This document shows, one piece after another, positions 9,215 to 17,296 of a stretch of DNA of 64,000 bases. The translations under genes were made by a program, and so were the position numbers. The first letter of the stretch is position 1; the number at the start of each line of letters is the position of its first letter. The stretch comes from an uncultured Gammaproteobacteria bacterium. Lineage in GTDB: Bacteria > Patescibacteriota > Patescibacteriia > Patescibacteriales > UBA12465. Under the pieces are notes generated by a model. That model had not been told where the DNA came from. It worked only from the letters and a program-made list of their open reading frames with translations, and made no database searches. Location: the NCBI GenBank assembly GCA_964639785.1, contig CAZXEE010000002.1, positions 143,273-207,272 on the forward strand. The letters run 5' to 3'.

Positions 9215-9460
9215 ATGGATAAGATTGTTAAGGCTATTAATAAATTGTCAGCCAAAGAAAAGGCTGAAATTAAAAAAGTTTTAGAGCGGATAAGGAGTAA
9301 TTCTTTATCCGGTTTTGATTTGAAAAAATTAAAGAATAGCCTGGATATCTATCGAATTAGAAGGGGAAAACTTAGAATTATCTTTCAGGTCAAGAAGAGC
9401 GGTGAAATTATGGTTTTGGCGGTTGAAAGGCGATCTGACAATACTTATAATAATTATTAG
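9215..9460 (+). CDS. Type II toxin, RelE/ParE family
   Basis: 81 aa. LKKLKNSLDIYRIRRGKLRIIFQVKKSGEIMVLAVERRSDNTY matches the RelE/ParE core pattern (YRIRvG.yRiiy...i.v..i.hR...Y). Confidence 0.7.
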   Translation: MDKIVKAINKLSAKEKAEIKKVLERIRSNSLSGFDLKKLKNSLDIYRIRRGKLRIIFQVKKSGEIMVLAVERRSDNTYNNY

Positions 9461-9466
9461 TTTTTA

Positions 9467-9495
9467 TTGACTAAACCCTGTTAATGCGTTAATAT
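9467..9495 (+). promoter_or_regulatory. Candidate mreB promoter (TTGACT-17-TAATAT)
   Basis: Hexamers at 9467-9472 and 9490-9495 with a 17-nt spacer, 25 nt before ATG 9521. Confidence 0.5.
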
Positions 9496-9520
9496 TGTCA
9501 TATATTATTAAAGAAATCAT

Positions 9521-10534
9521 ATGTTTATCAAGAGAATCGGTATCGATTTAGGTACAACTTATACGTTGGTTTACTTGCCTAAGAGGGGTGTGGTTATCAA
9601 CGAGCCTAGTGTGGTGGCAGTGTCGGTTGATGACCGGAAGATTTTAGCTGTGGGTAATGAAGCTAAGGATATGTTAGGAAGGACTCCAGACACTATTATC
9701 GCTCTCCGTCCTTTGAAGGATGGAGTGATTGCTGACTACAAGACTACTGAAGCGATGATCCGATATTTTATCAATAAGACTTTGGGCGGTATGCGTATCT
9801 TCCGTCCGGAAGTCATGGTAGCGGTTCCGGCCGGCATCTCTTCGACTGAGAGAAGAGCGGTAATCGAAGCGACTCTGGCGGCTGGTGCAAAGGCAGCTTA
9901 TATCATCAAGGAACCGGTAGCAGCGGCTATTGGAGCTGATATACCGATCAGTTCAGCAGCTGGACATATGATTGTCGATATCGGTGGCGGTACGGCTGAA
10001 ATGGCAGTTATTTCTTTGGGTGGCGTGGTTGCTTCGACTTCTGTCCGTGTCGGCGGAAATAAATTTGATTTGGCTATTCTGGAATATATCAAGAAGAAAC
10101 ATAATCTGGTAATCGGCGAAAGGACAGCAGAAGAGATTAAGATTAAAGTTGGTTCAGCCTTATTCTTATCCGATGAAGAGAAGTTAAGCATGGAAATCAA
10201 TGGCCGCGATTCAGTCAATGGTTTGCCTCGGACTATTATTATTACCAGTGATGATGTGACAGAAGCTATCCAGAGTGAATTGGAAGAAATTTTGAATGCG
10301 ACTAAGAGAATTTTGCAGGAAACTCCTCCAGAGTTGGTGGCTGATATTATCGACAAAGGAATTGTTATTTCTGGTGGTAGTGCTTTGCTTCGGAATATCG
10401 ATCAATTATTTTCTCGAGCTATCGGCGTTTCAGCTTATATTGCCGATGACCCGTTATTATGCGTAGCTAAAGGAACCGGTATTGCCTTGGATAATCTAGA
10501 TTCTTACAAGCGCAGTATCTTGGCGGCCAAGTAA
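9521..10534 (+). CDS. mreB: Rod-shape-determining actin homolog MreB
   Basis: 337 aa. IGIDLGTTYT, DIGGGTAEMAVISLGG and GIVISGGSALLRNID are actin/MreB phosphate and adenosine motifs. Confidence 0.9.
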   Translation: MFIKRIGIDLGTTYTLVYLPKRGVVINEPSVVAVSVDDRKILAVGNEAKDMLGRTPDTIIALRPLKDGVIADYKTTEAMIRYFINKTLGGMRIFRPEVMVAVPAGISSTERRAVIEATLAAGAKAAYIIKEPVAAAIGADIPISSAAGHMIVDIGGGTAEMAVISLGGVVASTSVRVGGNKFDLAILEYIKKKHNLVIGERTAEEIKIKVGSALFLSDEEKLSMEINGRDSVNGLPRTIIITSDDVTEAIQSELEEILNATKRILQETPPELVADIIDKGIVISGGSALLRNIDQLFSRAIGVSAYIADDPLLCVAKGTGIALDNLDSYKRSILAAK

Positions 10535-10535
10535 T

Positions 10536-11753
10536 ATGACTATTGGCATTGATGCCTCCAGAGCCAATCGGACTTACAAGACTGGAACGGAATGGTATTC
10601 GTATTATTTGATTAAGAATTTCGCGGAAATTGATAGCGAAAACAAATATATTCTTTATTCAGACAAGCCTTTTGGCGATGATTTGAAGGAGATTATCGAT
10701 ACTCATCAGAATTTTAGCGGCAAGGTCTTGCGCTGGCCTTGGCAATATTTTTGGACCTTGGGGAGATTGACCATTGAGATGGTCTTTTGCCGACCCAGGG
10801 TTTTATTTGTTCCGGCTCATTCTATCCCGTTATTCCATCCGCGCCGGACGATAACTACTATCCATGATATCGCTTTCAAGAAAGAAGAGGCGGTTTATGC
10901 TGAGCAGACTGTCGATCGCGGCCGGCCATTTTTGCGCAGTTTGATAATCTTCATTGTCAAGCATATTTTGTTCTTGACCGGTAAGGGTTTTAAATATGAT
11001 CCGACGGCTTATTTAGATTGGTCGACTCGTTATGCTTTGCGCCATGCCAAGAGAATCATTACAGTTTCCCATAATAGCCAGAAAGAGATAGTGGAGGTTT
11101 ATAAAACTGATCCGAAGAAGATCGTTGTTATCCATAATGGTTATGATAACTTAGTTTATAAGAAGATTGATAATAAAGATGAAGTTTCTCGAGTACTAGA
11201 TCGATATGGCCTGAATTATCCTTACCTGCTTTCAGTGGGACGGGTTGAAAAGAAAAAGAATATCCCGATGCTGATCGAGGCTCTGGCTCTTTTGAAGGAA
11301 AATCATCCGGAGATCAAGACAAAGCTGGTTTTGATCGGGCATGCCGGTTTCGGTTATGACGAGATTAAATATATCATCGAAGAATATAATCTGAATTCCG
11401 AAGTAGTGATGTTGGGTTGGGTGGCTGAGGCTGATCTGCCTAGCATCTATAACGGGGCAACAGCTTTCGTTTTTCCTTCTCGTTATGAAGGCTTCGGTAT
11501 TCCGGTCATGCAGACTTTAGCTTGCGGCTTGCCGGCAGCCATTTCTGATATTCCGGTATTAAGGGAGGTGGCGGGAGAAGCGGCGATTTATTTTGACAAG
11601 GATCAGAAAGAAGATATAGCTGAGAAATTACGGATTGTCCTGACCGATGAGAAGCTCCGTTTGGGTTTGTCCCAGAAAGGATTGGAACGGGCCAAGGGCT
11701 TCAGCTGGAGAAAATGCGCCGAGGAAACCTTGAGGGAAATCAAGGGTTTATAG
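10536..11753 (+). CDS. Glycosyltransferase family 4 (GT-B, GT1-type)
   Basis: 405 aa. C-terminal VFPSRYEGFGIPVMQTLACGLP matches the E(x7)E GT4 motif. Confidence 0.8.
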   Translation: MTIGIDASRANRTYKTGTEWYSYYLIKNFAEIDSENKYILYSDKPFGDDLKEIIDTHQNFSGKVLRWPWQYFWTLGRLTIEMVFCRPRVLFVPAHSIPLFHPRRTITTIHDIAFKKEEAVYAEQTVDRGRPFLRSLIIFIVKHILFLTGKGFKYDPTAYLDWSTRYALRHAKRIITVSHNSQKEIVEVYKTDPKKIVVIHNGYDNLVYKKIDNKDEVSRVLDRYGLNYPYLLSVGRVEKKKNIPMLIEALALLKENHPEIKTKLVLIGHAGFGYDEIKYIIEEYNLNSEVVMLGWVAEADLPSIYNGATAFVFPSRYEGFGIPVMQTLACGLPAAISDIPVLREVAGEAAIYFDKDQKEDIAEKLRIVLTDEKLRLGLSQKGLERAKGFSWRKCAEETLREIKGL

Positions 11754-11773
11754 AATCTGTGGGTTAGCAGAGG

Positions 11774-11797
11774 AATGCCGGTTTTGCCGGCATTTTT
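11774..11797 (+). terminator. Rho-independent terminator
   Basis: AATGCCGG / CCGGCATT 8-bp stem with a 5-nt loop and a T-run. Confidence 0.7.
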
Positions 11798-11839
11798 AAT
11801 TTGCCTTTATTCGGTCTGATATGTTAGAATAAAAGTAAT

Positions 11840-13918
11840 ATGTTTAAGAAAATTAAGATAATTTCAATATTTTTGTTATTATTAGCCACTCCGATCCAGA
11901 TGGTTGGGGCGGCTTTTTTTCCTGATGATACTTATTATTATAATCAATGGTATTTGGAAAAGATTAGGGCTAATGATGCTTGGGAGAAGATCAATTCTAG
12001 CCCTAATATAGTGATTGCTATCATTGATTCCGGTATCCAGATCAGTCATCCCGATTTATCCGGGAATATTTTTTTTAATAAGAACGAAATTCCGGATAAT
12101 GGTATTGATGATGACCACAATGGCTTTATTGATGATGTTAACGGTTGGGACTTCGTAGCGAATGTCCCTGATCCATCACCAAAGTTTTCTGGCGATTACA
12201 ATGAGTCCGGAATTTCCCATGGAACCATGGTGGCCGGTATCATCGGTGCTAGCGGTAATAATGACTTGGGAGTGGCAGGTGTTACCTGGAAATCTAAGAT
12301 CATGGCTTTGAAAGCTTTAGATGACAGCGGTAGTGGTCGGATGGGGGATGTGATCAGAGCGATAGATTATGCTACTAAGAACGGAGCTGATATAATTAAC
12401 TTGAGTTTTACCGGAACCAGTTACAGTGAAGGCTTGAAAGAAGCTTTGGAGCGCGCTTATCGTGCCGGAGTAATAGTTGTGGCGGCAGCTGGTAATGACC
12501 AGAGCGAGAATCACGGCGTCAATATTGATAAGACTCCGCTTTACCCGGCTTGTTATGAAGGTGATAATGGTGAAAATTTGGTAATTGGCGTCGGAGCTAC
12601 CGATACCATGGACCAGAAAGCCGTTTTCTCCAGTTATGGTGCTAATTGTATTGATATTTCCGCTCCTGGAGTTAGCTTTTTTAGTACTGCGACTTATAAT
12701 CCATATGTCGGGGAAGAATATAATCAGTATTATACCGGCTATTGGTCCGGAACTTCTATGGCTACTCCTTTGGTTTCCGGCACTTTGGCTTTGATCAAGG
12801 AGGCTAATCCGAATCTCAGCCGTGATGAAATCACCAATATTTTGCTTCGAAGTACTGACAATATCAATAATCTGAATCCTGATTATATCGGCCGTTTAGG
12901 GGTAGGACGCTTGAATATGTTCGGAGCGGTCAATTGGGCTAAGGAAAGATTGAATGATCGTGTTGGTCGTTTAGTGGTTTCTCCTTATAATGCCGATTAT
13001 TCTTCTAAATTTAAGAATACTGAGGATCATCAGAATAAGATTCAGATTATGACCGCTTCTGGTAAAATATATAAAGAATTTTTGTCGGATAACAAGAAAT
13101 ATAAAGAAGGTTTGAAGTTTGCCAGCGGCGACGTAACCGGAGATGGCATTAGTGATATCGTTGTCGCTAATGGTTATTCCGGGCAACCGATAGTCCGAGT
13201 CTTCGATGCTAAGGGTAAACTGAAAAGCCAATTCATGGCTTATGATTCCAAGTCTAAATCCGGAGTTAGCGTAGCCGTCGGCGATGTTAACGGCGATAAT
13301 CAGAATGAGATAATCACTTCTTCAGGATTCGGTTCGGAACCCTTGGTAAAGGTTTTTGATTATAAGGGTAAATTAAAAAAGCAGTTTATGGCCTATGACA
13401 AAAGCTTTAAAGGCGGGGTTAGCATAGCCGTCGGCGATGTTAACGGCGATAATCTGTTAGATATAGTCACGGCTCCGGGGTTTGGCGGCGGGCCCCATAT
13501 CAGGATTTGGAGCGGGCAGGGAAAGCTGGCTGGACAATTTATGGCCTATGACAAGAATTTCAAGGGCGGAGTTAATGTGGCAGTGGCCAATATTGATGGA
13601 AGGTTGGAGCATAATAAATTTGAAATCATCGTTTCTCCGATGGAGGCTTCAGCTTCTTTGGTTAAGATTCTGGATAATTACGGCCAGCTAAAGGGAAAAT
13701 TCATGGCTTATGATGAAAAATTCAAAAATGGCATCAGTCTGGCGGCCGGAGATGTCAATAATGACGGTTATGCTGAAATCATTACCGGGGCCGGTCCGGG
13801 TGGAGCTCCTCATGTCCGGGTCTTTTCGCCTCAGGGTGAGATTTTGGAGTCATTTTATGCTTATAAGGACACTTTTAATAAAGGTGTTAGCGTAGGCTTT
13901 ATCTTAATGGATAATTAG
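11840..13918 (+). CDS. Secreted S8 (subtilisin-family) serine peptidase with C-terminal FG-GAP/VCBS-like repeats
   Basis: 692 aa. Signal peptide; catalytic triad contexts IDSGIQISHPDL (Asp), HGTMVAGIIGA (His) and GTSMATPLVSG (Ser); then about five repeats of roughly 57 aa (FMAYD..FKGGVS.AVGDVNGD). Confidence 0.85.
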   Translation: MFKKIKIISIFLLLLATPIQMVGAAFFPDDTYYYNQWYLEKIRANDAWEKINSSPNIVIAIIDSGIQISHPDLSGNIFFNKNEIPDNGIDDDHNGFIDDVNGWDFVANVPDPSPKFSGDYNESGISHGTMVAGIIGASGNNDLGVAGVTWKSKIMALKALDDSGSGRMGDVIRAIDYATKNGADIINLSFTGTSYSEGLKEALERAYRAGVIVVAAAGNDQSENHGVNIDKTPLYPACYEGDNGENLVIGVGATDTMDQKAVFSSYGANCIDISAPGVSFFSTATYNPYVGEEYNQYYTGYWSGTSMATPLVSGTLALIKEANPNLSRDEITNILLRSTDNINNLNPDYIGRLGVGRLNMFGAVNWAKERLNDRVGRLVVSPYNADYSSKFKNTEDHQNKIQIMTASGKIYKEFLSDNKKYKEGLKFASGDVTGDGISDIVVANGYSGQPIVRVFDAKGKLKSQFMAYDSKSKSGVSVAVGDVNGDNQNEIITSSGFGSEPLVKVFDYKGKLKKQFMAYDKSFKGGVSIAVGDVNGDNLLDIVTAPGFGGGPHIRIWSGQGKLAGQFMAYDKNFKGGVNVAVANIDGRLEHNKFEIIVSPMEASASLVKILDNYGQLKGKFMAYDEKFKNGISLAAGDVNNDGYAEIITGAGPGGAPHVRVFSPQGEILESFYAYKDTFNKGVSVGFILMDN
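13118..13915 (+). repeat. Intragenic tandem protein repeats (FG-GAP-like propeller blades) in the S8 peptidase
   Basis: Repeating FMAYD-x-FK-GGVS-AVGDVNGD units. At DNA level, 13265-13300 and 13418-13453 are 35/36 identical. Confidence 0.75.
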
Positions 13919-13951
13919 GCTATAATTACTATATAATACTACATAAAATAT

Positions 13952-14983
13952 ATGCCAAAAGTTATATTTGATAAGCGTAACGTGCTAGTGACTGGAGGGG
14001 CCGGATTCATCGGTTCCCATCTTTGTGATGAATTGGTTAAGGAGTGTAAAGTTATTTGTATTGATAACTTCGTGACCAGTTCGGCTACTAATATCGAACA
14101 TTTGCTGCCCAACCCCGATTTTGTCTTTATCAATCATGACATCAGCCAACCTTTGGATTTAGAAAGCTTGCCAGAGTTAAAGAAGTTTAAGATTCCTTTC
14201 CAGGGAATCCAGGAAATATATCACTTGGCTTGTCCGACTTCGCCGCGCCATTTTGAAGAGAACTGCTATGCCACCTTATTAGCCAATTCTTTGGGGGTTA
14301 AGAACGCCCTGGATTATGCCGTTAAATATGGCGCTAAGTTTTTGCATTTTTCCTCATCGGTTGTTTATGGCCCGAAGAATCTTAATGAGAATATGGACAA
14401 GATCAAGGAAGATTTCTTGGGGCGCCTAGACCATCTTTCAGCTCGTAGCTGTTATGACGAAGGCAAGCGTTTTGCAGAAACCATGGTGGCTGATTATCGC
14501 CGGATGTTCAATATCGATACTAAGATTATGCGCATCTTCCGGACCTATGGCCCGCGCATGCCTTTGAATGATGACCAGATGATTCCAGATTTTATTAATA
14601 ATGCTTTGAACAATGAAGACTTGGTGGTTTTAGGTGATGAAAATTTTTCTTCATCTTTCTGTTATGTGACTGATGCGGTCGACGCTGCTTTCAAATTGAT
14701 GAACTCTCCTTTGTCCGGTCCGATTAATATCGGTTCTGATGAGAATGTCAAAATATCCGATATCTGTCGGACTATTATTGAAGAAACTGGAGCTACTAAT
14801 TCTAAGGTAGTATTCAAAGAGAGGACCCTGTTTATGACCGAACTGCCTTTGCCGGATATCTTCCAGGCCAAGAATGATTTAGGATGGATGCCGGTAGTGA
14901 CTCTCAAGAACGGCTTGAAAAAGACCATCTTTGACCTCCAGGCCAAGAAACAATTGAAAGGATTGGGGTATAACGGGCAATAA
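13952..14983 (+). CDS. NAD-dependent sugar-nucleotide decarboxylase/epimerase, UDP-glucuronate decarboxylase (UXS)-like
   Basis: 343 aa. Rossmann VLVTGGAGFIGSHL and the catalytic YDEGKRFAE typical of UXS-type extended SDRs. Confidence 0.8.
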   Translation: MPKVIFDKRNVLVTGGAGFIGSHLCDELVKECKVICIDNFVTSSATNIEHLLPNPDFVFINHDISQPLDLESLPELKKFKIPFQGIQEIYHLACPTSPRHFEENCYATLLANSLGVKNALDYAVKYGAKFLHFSSSVVYGPKNLNENMDKIKEDFLGRLDHLSARSCYDEGKRFAETMVADYRRMFNIDTKIMRIFRTYGPRMPLNDDQMIPDFINNALNNEDLVVLGDENFSSSFCYVTDAVDAAFKLMNSPLSGPINIGSDENVKISDICRTIIEETGATNSKVVFKERTLFMTELPLPDIFQAKNDLGWMPVVTLKNGLKKTIFDLQAKKQLKGLGYNGQ

Positions 14984-15030
14984 TTTTAGGTTATTATTTT
15001 TTATTTAAACGATCAACGGGGAAATTGATC

Positions 15031-15070
15031 TTGTCCAAGGTATCTCTTGTCCAAGGTATCTCTTGTCTCT
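15031..15070 (+). repeat. 16-bp perfect tandem duplication (TTGTCCAAGGTATCTC x2 plus the partial copy TTGTCTC) immediately 5' of the pilin-like gene
   Basis: 15031-15046 and 15047-15062 are identical. 15063-15069 repeats the first 5 nt. ATG 15071 follows. Confidence 0.9.
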
Positions 15071-16147
15071 ATGTCTTATAGAAAAGCTTTTACTCTTATT
15101 GAACTCTTGGTAGTTATCGCTATCATTGGTATCTTAGCAACTATATCGGTTGTTGCTTTGCAAGATGCTAGAGTTAAATCCCGTGATGCTAAAAGAGCCG
15201 CTGATATTAAACAGCTTCAGGTTGCCCTGGAGCTTTTTTTTAATGATGTAGGGCGATATCCGACCGAAGCAGAATGGAATACGGGTCAGATTTATTCAGT
15301 TGCCTCTTACGGAACGTCTACTTATATGAAAAGCATTCCGGTTTCTCCGACTCCGGCTGATGGTGTTTGCAGCTCGGCTGAAAATTCTTTCGTTTACAGT
15401 CAGACTGAAGATGGCAATTCTTATTCGCTTTCTTTCTGCTTGGGTGGCAATACTGGAACATTGCTTGGCGGCAAGAAATGTGCTGGACCGAGCGGCATTA
15501 TTGATCATAGTTGTTGTATTGGATCGGTGAATCATGGAGGTCAGGATTATAATATGATTGAGATAGGAAGCCAATGTTGGCTTGATAAGAATATGGATAT
15601 TGGAACGATGTTGTGCTCTAGCACTCCTAATAATACTTATTGTTATGAAAACCAATCTAATAATTCCCAGATAGAAAAATATTGTTATTATAATAACGCA
15701 ACCGACACTGGAGCTGGCGGTTGTTCTTCGGCTGGGGCTTTGTATTCTATGGACGAGGCGATGCAATATTCGGTTTCGGAGAAGGCTCAAGATATTTGTC
15801 CTAGCGGATGGCATATACCGAGTGATAATGAGTGGTATGTCTTAGAAGATTATCTTAAAAATTCTGGCGTTTCTTGTGATCCTAACAGGTCAACGGCTTG
15901 GGGTTGTTTCGGTGCTAATACTAGATTGGCAGTCGGCGGTTCATCCGGGTTCAATGCTATAAATGCCGGCGGCCGAGGTTTTGCCGGGACTGGAGCTTTC
16001 AGTTATTGGGGCTCTTATGGAATTTTCTGGTCTTCAACTATTAGCGGCAATAATGCTTGGATGAGGTGGGTGGGCGCGTCTGGAATATTCCGTTATGCTG
16101 ATAGTCGAATTGGGGTATCTGCTTATATTCGATGTATTAAGAATTAA
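15071..16147 (+). CDS. Type IV prepilin-like N-terminus fused to a FISUMP (Fibrobacter succinogenes major paralogous) domain, paralog 1
   Basis: MSYRKA|FTLIELLVVIAIIGILA class III signal, then ARVKSRDAKRAADIKQLQVALELFFND, then IGSQCWLDKNM, CPSGWHIPSDNEWYVL, GFNAINAGGRG and YIRCIKN. The track start (TTG 15047) lies inside the tandem repeat. ATG 15071 gives a normal 6-aa prepilin leader. Confidence 0.8.
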   Translation: MSYRKAFTLIELLVVIAIIGILATISVVALQDARVKSRDAKRAADIKQLQVALELFFNDVGRYPTEAEWNTGQIYSVASYGTSTYMKSIPVSPTPADGVCSSAENSFVYSQTEDGNSYSLSFCLGGNTGTLLGGKKCAGPSGIIDHSCCIGSVNHGGQDYNMIEIGSQCWLDKNMDIGTMLCSSTPNNTYCYENQSNNSQIEKYCYYNNATDTGAGGCSSAGALYSMDEAMQYSVSEKAQDICPSGWHIPSDNEWYVLEDYLKNSGVSCDPNRSTAWGCFGANTRLAVGGSSGFNAINAGGRGFAGTGAFSYWGSYGIFWSSTISGNNAWMRWVGASGIFRYADSRIGVSAYIRCIKN

Positions 16148-16162
16148 TAATTGCTTTAAAAA

Positions 16163-16183
16163 ACACCAGATATTATCTGGTGT
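16163..16183. terminator. Bidirectional terminator between convergent genes
   Basis: ACACCAGAT / ATCTGGTGT 9-bp stem flanked by an A-run and a T-run. It overlaps the last codons of the minus-strand GT4 gene. Confidence 0.7.
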
Positions 16184-17294
16184 TTTTATATAGTTCAATG
16201 ATTTGTTCGGCATAATTGTCAGGTGGAAGCGGTTCTTTGGGGAAGTTCTTGTTCAGCTCGTCGTAGTTGTTGAGGAAATATTCTACTTTTGATATTAAGT
16301 CATCGACATTGTTCGGTTCGAATGATAATTCGCCATAGCGGTCGATCAGTTCGGCGGTTCCAGCCAGATTAGCTCCGATGACCGGTAATTTGGAGCCGAC
16401 GGCTTCATAGATGATGGTCGGGGAATTCTCATAGCAAGGAGAAGCCACGATGAGAGCACTGGCTTTCAGCATCAGTTCTTGTGATTTTTTGTTGTCTAGC
16501 CTTCCCAAGAAAACGATATTCTCTCGGGCTATCTTCTTGGCCTCTTCCAGATAATCGCCATCGCCGACGATAGTCAGCTTCAGGTCAGGTAATTTATTGA
16601 AAGCCTTGATCAGGGTGTCTGATCCTTTATGCTTGGCAACTAATCCGACAGACAAGAATTCTTTCTTGTTCCGGCTATCCGGTCCGGGGAGATAATTAGT
16701 TTTGACCGGATTGAGGATATGCTTCTTGGTTGATTCAGGGAAGAAACCTTTTTTCTCATGCAGCTCTAGTAGCCATTTTGAAGGGCAGATGATGGCCGCC
16801 GGAGAATCCATGAGTTTCCTGGTGACTTTCTGATAGTTCTTAGCCGTGAAAGAATTGATGATACCTTCTTGCTGATAGAACATCAGACCGGACGGATGGA
16901 GCAATTGGATATCATGGATGACATGGAAGTGTTTTATCTTTAGGTCTCTTAACATTTTTGGAACTTGTAAACCTAAGCCCATCAGGTTGTGGGTAATGAC
17001 CAAGTCGGGTTTTTCCTGGTTGATTATCTTCTTTATCTTGTCCTTCTGTTGATAGTCAAAAAGGTTGTTGATATGCCAGAACAATCGGAGGGATGTCGGG
17101 ATCTGCTGGAGATTATAGTACTGGGAATTCAAGTAGTATTTATTATTTTCCTTGTAATCTTCTTTGGGGGAAGTGGATATTACAAAAACCTCATGGCCTA
17201 GTTTTTCCAAGTCAGTAGTCATGATAGAAGCGATGATTTCCGCTCCGCCGCGGTGATAGGGCGGGTAGAGGCTGTTCAATATTCCGATCTTCAT
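16173..17294 (-). CDS. Glycosyltransferase family 4
   Basis: 373 aa. GT-B fold, with the C-terminal SPCYENSPTIIYEAVGSKLPVIG E(x7)E-type motif. Confidence 0.75.
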   Translation of the reverse strand: MKIGILNSLYPPYHRGGAEIIASIMTTDLEKLGHEVFVISTSPKEDYKENNKYYLNSQYYNLQQIPTSLRLFWHINNLFDYQQKDKIKKIINQEKPDLVITHNLMGLGLQVPKMLRDLKIKHFHVIHDIQLLHPSGLMFYQQEGIINSFTAKNYQKVTRKLMDSPAAIICPSKWLLELHEKKGFFPESTKKHILNPVKTNYLPGPDSRNKKEFLSVGLVAKHKGSDTLIKAFNKLPDLKLTIVGDGDYLEEAKKIARENIVFLGRLDNKKSQELMLKASALIVASPCYENSPTIIYEAVGSKLPVIGANLAGTAELIDRYGELSFEPNNVDDLISKVEYFLNNYDELNKNFPKEPLPPDNYAEQIIELYKNTR

Positions 17295-17296
17295 AA

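Noticed and set aside
15296-15814. Long antisense ORFs in the six-frame track. Examples: 373-594, 9898-10356, 15296-15814, 33242-33565, 36239-36631, 45534-45824, 49427-49816 and 52312-52716, all on the strand opposite a strongly supported gene.
   Set aside because: They overlap genes with clear family motifs, have low-complexity or odd composition, and lack promoters. They are treated as shadow ORFs.
15071-16147. Diversity-generating retroelement targeting the variable C-terminal domains of the pilin-FISUMP paralogs
   Set aside because: There is no reverse transcriptase gene and no near-identical template/variable repeat pair in the window. The paralogs differ throughout the domain rather than at adenine-specific positions.
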